Below are positions 13,330 to 28,300 of a DNA stretch of 64,000 bases, piece by piece (position 1 is the first letter of the stretch; the number at the start of each line of letters is the position of its first letter). Where the stretch lies: contig OZ176052.1 of assembly GCA_964247055.1 (NCBI GenBank), positions 8,184,001 to 8,248,000 on the forward strand, read 5' to 3'. A program made the position numbers and the translations under genes. The notes beneath the pieces are model-generated. The model searched no databases, was not told the origin of the DNA, and was given only the letters and a program-made list of their open reading frames with translations. This DNA comes from Paragordius varius (Eukaryota; Animalia; Nematomorpha).

Positions 13330-16300
13330 ATGCATGAAGTAGCCTCATCTTTTTGGCGAAGCTCTCACAATGATTTAGAAAATAATAATGTAAAAACAAT
13401 CATTCACCCTACTAATGGATTGATCCGATCACACGATGATGCTAATGTAGCATATTTTTTTCAACGAACTACAAAAAAATTCATTGGCAACAAACTTTCC
13501 TTTATTAAACTTCATAATGGGCACTCTAATTCATTACAGGTATAAACGTTTTTATTATTTATTATGACCACATATGTTTTTTTTATTTTTGATAAACTTA
13601 TTTTTAGAAGATTACACCTCTCTTTTTTGGCATATTTCCAGCTACCATTGGTGAATTTTATTCTACATAATTAGTGTATTGATCTTATTGTTAGATTTTA
13701 ATCTTTATGCCTAAAATACAATATACACATTATAAATAACTAAATTTTTGCCAAAACATTTTTCGGATTGAACACAAAATGTAGATTTATTTCCAGATTT
13801 TCTGGCAGATATCTAATTCAAGTTTTATTTCAATTTTTGTTTAAATATGTGAGAAAAAGAGTTCCTTCTATTGTAAAACAGTTAACTGACTGCTTCCGTA
13901 TAACTAATCTTCCCAGCCTATTTTTTATTAAACTTTTTTTCCTGAAACATTTTTTTGCTTATCTCTAAATGATTTTACATAATCAAATGAAATGATGGAA
14001 TACATATAAATACAGCTAAACCCTTAGCTGCTGTGTTTGTTCTCATTCTTTAATCGAATCTATCGCACTTTGATAAATGAATATATAAATATATATAATA
14101 TCATGTATTCTGATTAAAATTCCCCATAAATTTGTTTATATAAACCATATATAGAAAATATGTATTTTATTCTAATGATTAATTATAAACATTATATCTT
14201 TACAAATAAAAATAAATTCTATTGGGTTTTAAATATTTGGGGAGATGTGAAACGTTGGTAATATAGACGCATAACTTTTTGCTGAAGGGACGTAGTTTTT
14301 AAAGAAATATAATTTAATAAATTTAGGAAAACATCTAATTTAAATAAGAACGGGAAACTATTATTACTAAAGAAAAAGCCTTTATTTGCTTCTAATATGT
14401 AAAAGTTCTATTTTCCCAATCTATTGATTCGCTAAAATATCATATATTTTAACTTTAAGGTCGCGTTTAAACAATTTTATATTATTTATAATCTTTCAGG
14501 GGTTATGTAAATACAACCATACAACCACCCCTTTTTTTCAATGTCAGTACATTAATATTGACATTAATATCAAGCTATCCTTCATTTTTGCGTCAATCCA
14601 TAAAAATTATACTGCTGGTTGTACCTATTTATAATTTCCAAAGAATATATGCTAATATTTATTTTATTATGTTTTATAATCTCTGATATTGTATAGATAC
14701 AATTTAAAAATATTTTGAACGAGGATACAAAGTTTTAGTTACCCCATCCTATGTTAATATAATTTTTTTCATCGATCATAATATAAAATTTATAGGATGC
14801 TAACCAAAATATAAGTGTAAAACGTAACAGAAAACTTTCAGAAAATTCTGACCCCAGTTATAAATAGCTTCTATTATTCCCTGAAGAGATCTATAAAAGA
14901 TATAAAAATTGGAACACAATATTGAATAGGGTCATTTAAACAATAATAATTTGAGATTATTTAAAACCGAGCTTTTGGTTTTACAAACATTCAAATCATA
15001 TATTGATAATTTCAAAATTAATTCCATAATTTAAATGGTACTAATGTTCTTGTATGTGATTTTTACAAATATGTTTAAAACTTGGATACAACATTGGGGT
15101 CTTTGGGGACCCCATGCCTATTTAAAATCAATAATTTCCAAAAATATGAAACAAATTGAAACCATTGCAAAAGTTTGTACATATATAACATTGATGTACC
15201 GATATATAAAAAAGACTCACTAAAATTATACCTTAAGATAAAAATTTATTCGAAGACATGTCTGCATTAGCTAAATATAAAAATTATGCCAAATAAACCC
15301 TTTTTTTGTTTTCATCAATGTTAGGGGTGATTTAAATAAAAAATTAGCTTTAATTTAAGCGTTAGAATAAAATAAACACCATATTTTATAAATTTATTGT
15401 AAAATGAAAACGGCGTCGAAGTAGATTGATATGGAACTTTTAAACTAAATTTTATTTAGAGCTAATTTATATAATTTTTGTAGGGGAGAAACATTAATTT
15501 AAAGTGGAACTGTTTCTTTTAGCAGTTTTTTAAGAATTTCAATTTAAATATAGTCTGGGCTCCCTAGATACCCCAATTTGAATCGGAGTGTTAATATTGA
15601 ATAATATGTATAACGACATACTATATTAATTTTACTATTAGTGGCGGACTACTTTAATTTAATTAATTTTATCTTTGATCAATTTTCAATTAAAACTTGT
15701 TACCTTGCAAATTTTTTTGATTTTATATTCTAATTTTTATATTCCCTGTAAGAATGTGGAAACATATTAAGAAATAAAATATTGTAAAAATTAAGAGATC
15801 CCAACAATGCAGTGGAATGCATAAATTTATGTATATATGTAACTTGTTATTTTAAGTTTTTTGATTATTATGTATGGGAAGGAAGACAAATTTTGGCCCG
15901 TTAAGTTTAACTGCCTTAAAAATATTACCATAAGTGAGATCTTTTGTTATTTATTTTTAGCTAAGAATTAGCTAAAGATTATTGAAACCACGATTATATT
16001 TAAAATAGTACTAATGGCCCACGCCTTATTTGATATTATCTAGCATTTTCTACAACCTAGTTTTATTTTGCTAAGTATTTCTAACCTCCTGCTTTGCCAT
16101 TTTCACATATTGAGATCATAGTTTACAAAATCTTTTTGTGAATTTTAGCATACTTAAACAATTTAAAATTTAGAATATATTTGCGATAATGATATTAAAA
16201 TATTTTAAACTGGTATATATTGAGTTAAGGTCTCTCTCCCCATCACACTTCCATATACTTGTGGACGGACATTAAACTATTCTACATTATTTAGTCAATG

Positions 16301-19300
16301 AACTTTAATAAATCTAATTTTTTAACATATTTCGTATTTCTTACTATATGTATATATAAATTATGCCATAATTTAATGTGTGCATACATAATTTTTAAAT
16401 TATGAAATGAAATATGCACACACACAATACATGCGCTGACCAAATTTTTATTTAAAAAATATAATATGTATGTATAAACTTGGTCAAATTACTTTTTAAT
16501 CTAACAAATAATAATGAGAGGTTGGAATAGTCAAGAGGTATGTGACTTTAACCATGTTGGTATGTTGGACATTGGCGTTGCCTTTTTAATTTTTTTGCGA
16601 TATGCGTTTAATAGATTTAAAAAATTTAAATTGAACATTAATGTATATGCACACGATTGCAAGACTTCAACAATTAGGCAATCTTCATTCATAGTCACTG
16701 CGATTTTGTGTAATATTAAATGATAGATACCATCTTGGTACGACGGTTAAAATTATGCAAATTTAGAACATTTATTTTTTAGGTTATATCTGCCCTAAAG
16801 AGGCCAAAAGTTTTGATTATTATTGATTTACATGAATACATTGTTATTAAATCTATAAAACACTAAAAATACAGATTTTAAAGGCCGGTCTGACTAATGC
16901 CAGTCCTATATTCCTACGTAAAATCGCATATTTTAGAGTGTTGTTTTTTGTCATTCCTCATAGTTTTTGTAACTCTTTACTACTTGCTTTTCCGGAGCTA
17001 TTATGCTTTTTTTACCTAATCCGTAATTTAATTTTAATATATCCATACTATTTTCATAATTTAATTGGATTTTAGCTTTGTTAAGATTGAATATTAAACT
17101 TTACAGTTTTTTCCACACACATATGTATTTTTTCATTTTGCATGAGATATATGTAAATAAAATTGTAACAGTACATGAGTGTTTGTTATATATATGATAA
17201 GGTTAATGGCTCGGATCATCAGCTGTGCGTGCTTTGAGAATATCGTGCGTGGTGCTGGATATGTAAATTTTAATTAGAGATATATAATCAGGAATTACAA
17301 GAGATTATCATTCAAATACAAACCAAAATGCTAAAGATGTATAATTTAATTAACTTTTTAAAGATTTGAATATTTTTTGCAAATTAAATTTTGGTTGTTT
17401 AGAAATGTAAAATAATAATTAACCAGATGATATTAGTTTACTTAATACTTAAATAACAAAATGGTAACCTCTTAATTGAATGTTCCTGTTTAGATTTTCT
17501 AAGCATCTATATCCTTTAAAAAAATAGCAGTAACGAATAAGCTGAAACGATATTATTAACAAAAGTTATTCTATTCCAAAAAACTTAATTTAAAGTTAAT
17601 TCTAACATATATTTTGCCCTGAACCTAAAATTTGGACAGAGTTTATAAGATGATTTAAAGATATGGCTATAGGTTAAATTTTTCTGTCGAATGTGGATCC
17701 CGACAATTTTTTTTACAATATCCATATGAAGGATATGTGTTATTTACTGTTCTTAACAAAAAGCATAAATGTTAAATAAGACATATATAGTTATATTTAA
17801 TTACAACCCTTAGTGATTTACACCGTCGCTACCGTATCTGTATTTTAAGTTTTAATTTTATATTTGTGATCATTACCTTTCTTCCCATATCCAAATTATA
17901 CTTTTTAATACTCATTATTTCTTATGTGTTTGCCCTTTGGATATTTTTTTGGTAGTGTATATAGGCTTTTTTTATGGTGACACATAAAATATTTTATGTT
18001 TTTAAATAACATATATAATGAAAAGCCATTTGTGAACCCGTATGCTTTTAAATTTATTTCAGTGAAACAACCATTAAATGTTGCGAAAAGAATATTAAAA
18101 AACACTCATCTGTAAAATATTATTTTTTTTCCTTTTTTAAATTTATAGGCCATGCACAATGCGTTCTATATTTTCATAACAAATTTCTCGTAAATACTCC
18201 CTTAGGGGGCTACACTCTCAAGTTACACGTATATAAAACTCTAAGGAATATGTTGCTCTATAGGTATAATTAAAAAGCCCCTTATTTCTGCACATCATTG
18301 GTTCCGGCATCACTGTTTTACACCCTTAAAAATTATTATATTGTACTTTTTAAGAGATTATAAAATGAAAGTAGCAAAATTTTAAATTCTTTATGTGCGC
18401 TAAATTGAATTTCCTGAAACATAAATACGAACCGCGCTAAGAATGTTACGCTCAACTTACTAGCGATATGCCTATTTTTTAAATTAAATGTTCATCGTTT
18501 TTTCACAACCAAATTGTTGTGTCCATTTGTTTAACACTTAATGACCTTTTATTTTTTGTACGCGATGACATTTTGGGGGAGTTTTTTGCCCCAGGGCCTA
18601 AAATCGTTAACAAATTTCTGTTTTAAAGGTTGTTTTAGTTAAAAGTTTATTATCGAACCCTCCTCATGGAGCAAAAATTTTACACTTTTATATCTAGTGT
18701 CTCAAATTTCTATAAATCCAAAAAACATGATTGAAACAAACAGCTGATATTAAAATTACTAAATATCAAAAAATCGCTGGTAAACTAATTTGAAAAGTTT
18801 GCAAAGTTATTTATTTATATTTTTCAACATTAATATTTTGCCTATTGTAATGATTTAAAAAAATAAAGGGAAAAATCGCGGCGAAAAAGTTAGGGAGGAA
18901 AATTTTTATACGTTTCATTTTTTTAAATAAATTTTTTTGTATCATGCGTCTAAAAAGCTAAAGAAATCATTTTTACATTTGACCCAATGCTATTAATTTA
19001 GATGTCTCAGGGGTATAACTGCCCCAAAATGTCATGATTGTTAAATTTTAATATAATAAATGTTTAAAAATGGGAAAATGTCTTATAACTTTGTTTTTAG
19101 TTGCTTTTTTGAGTAACCATTTTCATTGCAAAAAAGATATTTTAGCCATCCAAAATAGTTTCTCAACCAATAATCTTCAGCATTTGTATTGCATAATTTG
19201 AAATATTTACTTAAATAGTGTATAGCATGAAAGCCCATCAATATAATTATAATTTTGGTATCAAATTTGTTAACAACATTACTAATTATTTGTGTAAAAC

Positions 19301-22300
19301 TGATTTCAATAAATATCACATATAATATTTTATTTTAACATTTAGGTTCGAAATGGTTCTAGTCCCGATAGTCAAAACGATATGGAGGCATTGGCACTCG
19401 AAACTATGCAGGTAACATATATTTATAATTGATAAAATTAAACCAGTGATACTCATTAGAAAAATTTGAAGGGCCGCATAAAATGCTTTTTTGCATCAAA
19501 GGGTGGATACTTATAAACTAAATATGTACACAAAGACTTTTTAAGGTTATACACATATGATTTGTAATAAAATCTTCTACAAAATGGACATAATCCAATA
19601 TTTTTTGAAAATTTGGTTTTTATAACAGACCATTTTTGAATTTAACGCCTCGATCTGAGTTGAAACATATCATTTGGCACATCTTGCCAAAACTTGAGAT
19701 TTGATTTAAATATCATTATGATCAATAAATTCAGATTTTTATGATAAAAACTAAAGCATAAATTTCAAAAAAGCATGAATTTTTCTCATAAATTAAAATC
19801 TCTAAATAAGAAATTACTATACTGAAAAATGAATATCGATCCTACTCAAGATTTTTAAAAACAAAACAAAAACTTTTAATTCAGGGCCATAAAAAAGTAC
19901 TTTTAGGACCCGTTGGCCGTGGTTTGAGTATCGCTGAATTAAACTGTTAAACTACACTTTTTCCATTTTGTCGCGTAAGATTTGACTATACAATGAAATT
20001 AATTATTTTAAATGATAAAATATTTCTTGGACCCTGGGACAAGGTGGGTAAAAGACAATTGTTTTATTATATGCGTCATAGTTGTCTATAAAATTATCAA
20101 CCAAAATTGTTTTATATCAGTGTATCCTTATTTATTTAATAAAACTAATAATATTAATATATAAATCATTTTAGTTAAATTACATAATGATAATTACTAT
20201 GAGAATGATAATATTGTATCTCTCTCGTATATTTATGACTAAATTAGAAAGACAGTAGAAAAAGAGAGTTGATTTGATGAGTAAAATTTTTCTTACTAGG
20301 TTAATATGTCATCATCATGAATTTTGTATTGTTGTTTTATGATTGTATAATGTTTAGTAACAGAAAACTCTAAATGTGAACGAAAAAAATTTACACAGTT
20401 ATTATTGTCTTATGTTGTTTAGATATAAATACAAACAGGAATATTTTCAAATTTACTTACTTTTAATTCTTTCTTCTGATATTGTTGTAATTAAAGACAC
20501 TCAATTTATGTCATACATTCGAACGTTTGTTTATTATTTCCTTCCTTTTAAAGATTCACTCAGTTAGTTAGTTTGTTTGTTAATAAGTAAGTTTTAATTC
20601 ACTACAGAATATAAATTAATTTAATTTTTGTTGTCAATAATATATTGTAATCAAGGAACAACATTATATATTTTTAATGGAATTAGTAGGAAAAAAAGCG
20701 GAAAGTGAAAGTTTATTGCTAATTTATAAGTTCTATTGTGAAGGAAGCGCCTAAATAAATTAAAGAATAACTTGATGAATATACATCAATAGTTGGGAAA
20801 TTATTATGTTTGTCCGCATTCCTTTCTTAATCTACAAAATTATAATAGAATTTACCTATTGCTCAATCCGCTATCAAAAAGATTTATTTTAATTTTACTA
20901 GTCCGATCATATGGATTCCCATTTTTGTATAAATTTTATTTTTTGGCCATAAAACATGCAGTGTGAAAAAAAAATTCCTAACATCTGATATCTTAAATAA
21001 TTTTTGGATATCAAATATCACTATTTTATTGTGATCCTAAAAGCGAGTTATAAATAGATGTAAAATTGCAAATGCACGTTTTCTTATTACAACCATTTTC
21101 CGAAAAAAAATTTCATATCAATGCCCTTCACTATATGACATTGTTGGAAAACACATCGTTTTAAAAACCACGCCAATAATTTACTCAGAAGCACATCATT
21201 TTTAAGTAATTTATGGTATTTAGGTTTAAATAAGTGCAGTTTAACTGGTGGAGTTAAAGAGTTGGTAATATATAACATTAGTAAAAACATTTTGATGTTA
21301 AAATTTAAACAGTTACACAATACCATTAATTAGAATATGCCACAAAATCAAGCAGGGTAAAAATATTAGACATCAAATATCAAATCTGAATTCAATCATG
21401 GTAACTTTCACAAAGTTACTAATAAATAAATGTCCCTGATGTTAACGAATCTTTTGTTTGATTGGATGAAACATGCCGTTTTTTTGGTATGCCTTTCAAA
21501 AGGTTCTCATCACATGATAAGAAAATTTAATCCTTACAAAGAAATCAGGTCTATTAACAATTTATAAATAAGATTTGCTAATACCATTCCTATGGCAAAA
21601 ACATCAAAGAACTTACAAGAGCTGATAGATGAGGAAAGTTAACATATGATTCTAGGGTTTAACCTTAGGAAAACTAAAAATAGGAAATATCACGATAAGG
21701 CGTACGGATATAGAAGTGAAATAATTTAATTTTTGGTAGCTATAATAACACAACTACTAATAATTAGGAGAAGTGGCTAAACTGAACTCGGTAAAATATG
21801 GAAAAAATAAGTAATCCTGCCATGTATGGGTGTGGAGTTGGATTCCAAAAAAGAATGTAAATTTACTCTGCTTTTTAGTTTTTTAAATCACCCTAAAACA
21901 ATCGAAAGATGTTGGACTTATTATTGCTAATTGTAATTTATTAGTGAAAGCTATTGAAAAATGAACCACTGGACGAGCATATAGATGTCTAGTTAAAAGA
22001 ATTTTTTTTAGATTTAGTGATAAAATAAAAGAATGTTGGTCATTTTGCTCACTAATTTTGAATCCGCCATAAACGGACAAAATATCAATTTGTTTAATGG
22101 TTACAATGTATTCTTAACACATGTATAAACTGTGTGTGAACTATTTAACCAAACCTGTAAAATTACCTTCTTTTTTTAGATTTTTTAATTAATTTTCAAC
22201 CTAATTTTTACCTATTTATGCATTTTGATTTTACGTTCCGCATATTCTGTTTATCATTTATGATAGATCCCATTAACGGCTAAAAGGATATGGGGTAATG

Positions 22301-25300
22301 ATAACTCCGCTTCATCGAACTACGACCGTGATAATCGTGATGGATTTGCTGCAAATGGTGAAAATAAATCTGGTGGGCATAATCACTTAAATAATCATCA
22401 CCTAAATGATTCAACGAGTGTGGATCAAAATGCGATTTGTATTACATTGGAAAACAGCAATGAAAATACCGACACTTCAGTAAAAACTGTAAACACCACA
22501 CCTGGCTTATTTTTTGAAACCAATGGATACTGGAACACGAGTAGCCCGTGGAAGAATGTGACTTCAAACGGCGATGGTTAGTTTTTTTATATATTTGCTA
22601 TTTTTGAACCTGACCCACAGAAATTATAATTATTAATTTTGGTAATCATTACATATGTTGGGATATGTTACAAAATTACTTATGTTATAATGTAATTTAT
22701 GCTATTTTTAATATGGAATGATTTTAAAGTCTAGAGCAGGGATGTCCAGCATGCTGCCTGCGAAAAAATTGGAAATCCATAATTTGCAAGAATATGCTCT
22801 TTAAATCTTAGTAAAATTGATATTTCTAAATAAATTTTTGAATAAGTCTAATAGGCAACTACAAAAAATTGTTATATTGTATTTGAATTTTACAATCTTA
22901 TGTTTATCTATATTAAAATATCATAAAACCCCATACATTTTAAATGCGGCTCGTGAAACCATTTATGTTCAACACTCCTGGGCTAGAGTATATCATAAAG
23001 TTGTCTCACAATATCCAATTTTTTTTCTAGCCGTGGCTCTATTTTTTAATTATTTAAGTAGTAGAAAATAAAAAAATAATACCTGATTTATAATTTGCGT
23101 GTGGACACGCAAAGTTACCACAACTTATATATATAAACAAATCGTATCGATTTTTAGTTGCATAATAAATGTCAACTACACAATAATAAAAAAAGGTGGT
23201 TAGTACAGAAAACTATGAATTTCAAACAGCTATATTGTTGGGTGTAAAGTTAGTTTTGATAGGTGAATAGAAAAAAGTTTTTAGGAGTACAAATTATGTA
23301 CTTAGCCAAAATATTTTACATTTTTACATCATTTACATTTTCTCTAATCACTGATAAAAAAATTATTTTCTATTGTATCAACATAGATGTGACATTGAAA
23401 ATGGTCACGTTGTTTAAATGAGACGACCGTTTTTAAGGTCATACATTGTATTTTGTCAAAATTTTATTGGGCAAATTATTTGTTTACTTTACATTTCCTT
23501 GACATATTTATGGTGTAAATTTTGGTTTTCTCCGTTTTAACTGATGATATATTATAATTGACTAAATTGCCTATAATTGATTAATTTTAATTTTGAAAAC
23601 TAGTTTGTGTTTTAATCATATGAGAAAACGTTCTGTCCTAAATACTTTAAAAATACTGATTATATAAAAAGAAACTAAAGTCGAATTATTATACTAGACA
23701 CAACACATTTTGACTTTTTTTAAGGGCCATTCTTGTAAAATTAAAATTTATTTCATTAAAGTCATAAATAGTATATATGAAAAAAATGGTCTAACACCTA
23801 AGAATTTTTTCATTAGGGTTTGTAGAATATTTTTGGCCCCGATTTAACATTAAATTCGAAATTTTTAAAATTAAAAATTTTAGATATTGAGCCATTTTGA
23901 TATCATTTGAAAGAGCGCGAAAGACTGAATCTTTCGAACGGTACTTAGTCATTTAAATCCATCTGATGTAAAAGTTATTTGGTTTTATATGGTTAAAATT
24001 TCAACCCTTAACGCTTCGCGGGTTTGTCGCTTCCTGTGTCCAATATTAACTATCGATTTATAACATATCAGTATGCATTTTATACATTTTTCATTACTAT
24101 TTTGAATGATATATTTATTGCATTGGGCATTTGTTGTATTTTTTAGTTAAAATTTTAATAAACATAATCATAAAAAAATCAAGTTATACAAAATTCTTAG
24201 GTGGAATTATAATTTTTATTTTAGATTTACTGTTAAAATGATAGTAGATATTAGAAAATCCAAAAAACTCGGGTGACAGATATATTTGTTGTCTAATGTT
24301 ATAATTTGTCGCAAAAAAATGTATAATGACGAATTAATTTTTAAGATATTAAATCTTTATCAAATGGTAATAAGCTAAAATTATGGATACTTTGAAAATT
24401 ATTAATTAATTTAGTTTAGAGATAAGATTAGTTTATACGGGACTTGGTAATGTACAATAGGTAGTTTTTAGTTCAAACAAAAAAAAAAACATGTTAAAAA
24501 AGAAAATAAACTATATCATTCCAAGTATTATTTTCTAAATTACTTTTTCCCCGTTTGGGTATATGAATCAATATTTTAAATACTAGATCAAGTGTGTCCA
24601 ACACAAATGGCATTGCGAACCGCGTTTTTGACTTAAAAAATCTGGCAGGCCCAATTTGAAATATATATTATTTGGTTTATTCAATTTAACAATTTTTACT
24701 ATTTTTTGCCAATTAAGTAGTGTTAATTGGAAAAATTGTTTGAGAAATATCAATTTGACTAAGATTTTTTTAAAATTATTTTTTCAAATTATGGATTTCC
24801 AAATTTTTTGCCGCCGCATATACAGTCTCAGAGGGCCGCTTGGCAGATACCCCTGTACTAGATCGTCTCGAGTTAAATTATATAATATAATAACAATGTT
24901 CATAAGGTAGAAAAAAATTTACGCTAGTAAGTTTTTTAAATATTTGGGTATCTGATTTTATGAAAAAAATTATCTTTTAATATCGACACTTGATATCTTC
25001 AATAAATATTAGTTTTATAAAGTGATGGTCAGTAGTACATATATTATTAAGATCGATAAAAAGATTTCAATTTTTTAAGCACTTAGTAAATTGCACGCAC
25101 ACTATCTTTAAATTTAATAATAGGCGAAACTCTAACTGTTGCGGATAAAACAAGAAATACACGTGAACCAAAAACACCTTTACATTTGGAAGATGATCCA
25201 TCTTTGGATGTAAGTATGGCTGAATACGTACTCAATAATCAAAATGGTTTAGTCAATGGCGACGATTGTTTCTTTGAAAAAAATATAGAAAATAGAAAAG

Positions 25301-28300
25301 TTAACTATATACCTATTTTTTTATCATCTAGCTATGTATTTTTATATTTAACGATGTGTATTTTATCAAACCCTATAGGTTTCAAAACAAGCTTTTTTCA
25401 ATAGCTCATTCACATATGAAAACGATAATTTGGGATATGGGAAATCACATGCAAATAATGGGCAAGTCCACCTTTATATAAATAATACGAATCGATAAAA
25501 ATTGGCTATATTTTTTCTTTTTTTCCCTAGATATCAGAACGACCATGCTAACAACATGGATCCTATGATAAACTCAGAGAGTTTATCAAACGTTTCATTC
25601 TCAAAGAATTCTTTGGGCGCTGTTTTGAAAGATGCTTGTCTTTTACCCAATTTGCAGGAGGATGGTGGTGCTGTTAAAAATGCTTTAAGGAAGAATACGA
25701 GTACTTTATCATCCGACTGCCTTTGTTGTTCAAAGCTATGTGGCGTTGGTAACTCAGGCACCAATAATGGCTGTGATGGACCATTTTCTGCTCATACAAC
25801 ACCTCTACATGCTACTAATGCGCATTACAATGGGAGAAGATCAAGGCTGTATGGGATCATAGACAATAAATTAAACCATGATGACCATTGTCCCTTGAAT
25901 CGGAATAAATTGTTTAATGGGATATCATCTCTTAATCATTTATCACAAACACCACCACTTGCAACAGGAATACGTTCTTCGCCACTTTCCAATAACATTG
26001 CTGCAGATGGGTTAAAGGGAGCGAATTCAGTTGAAAACATCAAAGAATCAGTTACCTCCGAAAAGGATGCGAAAACTGTTTTGGATGCCAAAAATATGTC
26101 GATTCTCGCTAACCTATTTGGCGAAAGAACGTCTAAATTGTTTAATACAACAAATGTATTTGACCAAAATAAACTCCTACCATTTGTGTCAGAAAAATCA
26201 AGTAGCGGAATGTTTGATAAAAAAGCGGACACCGATTTATCATATCTTACAACTTCGTCCCCATTATCAGCCCTACTGTTTTCAGGTAACACTACTAAAC
26301 ACAATAAATCTCTTGATCAAAATGGGTCGTCTTGTCAACACAACAGTACTTCATCCTTTTCGACAGAAAATAATATAAGTGCAAGCACTACGAGTGGTAT
26401 ACAAAAAAATATGAGTGATCTTTCCGAAATATCATTCAATTTTCCCTCTCCGCCACACTTTAACAATATCGATCAGATTATTCAAAATATGAATGTGCTT
26501 GAAAATAATATATCATTCAATGGCTCGTCATCCAAGGATCAATCGAATTCATCGCATAGTAGTTCTTACAATACCTACCTTAAACCACATCAGGGTTCAA
26601 GAATATTACCGCTTTTTTCTCCAATTAAGCCCGTTGAAGCTGCAGATCACGAATGTGATAAACAGATGGTCCCTACCCCTCCTAGCGAAGGCCTAGACAA
26701 TTTTAACCAAGAATCTGAACACTTTTCGGGTAAAAATGATACTTGTTACAACGCTAATAACCATAAAAAAGATAATCAACCACCAACCTATGACTTTAAT
26801 GCAGCGGCCGCTCTACTTTCCCCGGTTTTTGCTGCGGCCGTCGCTGCAGCCACAAACAGCAAAAACGATTCCCATATAAATGTAATATTTAACCTTGCTT
26901 TATATTATGGCTTATGATATTCTTTAAGATTTGCCCTTCTAATGTTTTTCTTACAAATTTTTTATATGTTCTAAATTTAGGAAACTAATGAAAAGTTAGA
27001 TAAATCCTTGAAAGAGTTGACAGCAAATGTTAAATCATCGACAAATAAATTGGAATCCGGACACGCAAATATTACCAGCATGCCTTCGTCAAATACCCCG
27101 TTTTGGTTTGCATCACCACAACATTATCAACAATATGTTGCGGCCCTACTTATGGCACAACAACAAAGCAGTCAAATTAATACTAATCAAAATGGTATAA
27201 TTAATCATATTTTTACTTAAATTTATATTTAACGTTTTTTCATTCAATATATAATTATTTAGTTTATTGACATTCCGCACATTTTTTGTTTAACTAGTTT
27301 TTTTCCAAAGAGTTGATTAATTAGAATGGTGACCGATTTTTTATATATATTTTTTTCAGAACTAGCTGTTTAAAATAATTATAATGTAATGGAGTTATCA
27401 TATACACCCGGATCTACAATATGTGGTATTGAATAATTTAGCGAAATTTTTATGAAGATTGTATATTAAGACATTTTGTGACCTTTGTTCTTAGCGCGTT
27501 TTTTTATTCACTAAACGCCACAAAGAGGTATTAATTTTATATTGTTGTGTTGAAAAATGATTTAATAATTAAAATCCACGTAATGCGGTGATCACCAACC
27601 TTAGGGCCTGAAAAATTTTAATTGGAAGCGTGAGAAACCATAACTTTTGGAATTTGATGATGAGAGACCAATAGGATAAAATTAAGAATGTATCTTCTCA
27701 ATTATTTATATTCTAGGAATAAGTCTACAACAATCTCTCTACCTGTATCAACAATATTTGATCCACCATTTTCAACATCAATATCAACAACAGATGCAAC
27801 ATCAACAGTTTGTACCATTACCTTCATCCAATTGTAATGGTATTAATCTCGGACCTCATAGTACATGGGCCACCCTGACTGAAACTAGTACACAACAAAC
27901 GGGTATTTTTTACCCTAATTTTTATTCAAATTTTTGAAGATTATATTATATTTTGTTTTTATCATAATTAAGGCCTAAACACAAAATTTTATTTTGGTTA
28001 CTAACAACCCCTAGATATAATATTGATGTTTTAATTTTATTGTAATACCAGTTTTTCCAACATATTTGACAATTTTGAAATATGCCTGATTTCTAGATTC
28101 ACCGTTGCCTGCACATTTATCAAATAAAGCTGTTCAACAAGAGACCGTTTACTCACCTCGAAAGTTACAATATGCCTCGGCATATGCAGCCATGTATCAA
28201 CAATATTTGGCATCTATTAATGGAACTAATTATTCGAATATGGCTCCTAATGCAATGGCTAATACATCTGACAATAATCAATCTGGTAGCGGAGTACTCT

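Noticed and set aside
25502-25530. ORF-track starts for the 471-aa ORF and similar ORFs (27008, 28105, 30952, 31623, 44326, 45104, 46231, 60633, 62423) as separate genes
   Set aside because: They are internal exons of pumilio, CLPTM1 or HMGCR, with starts in intron sequence or at internal codons.
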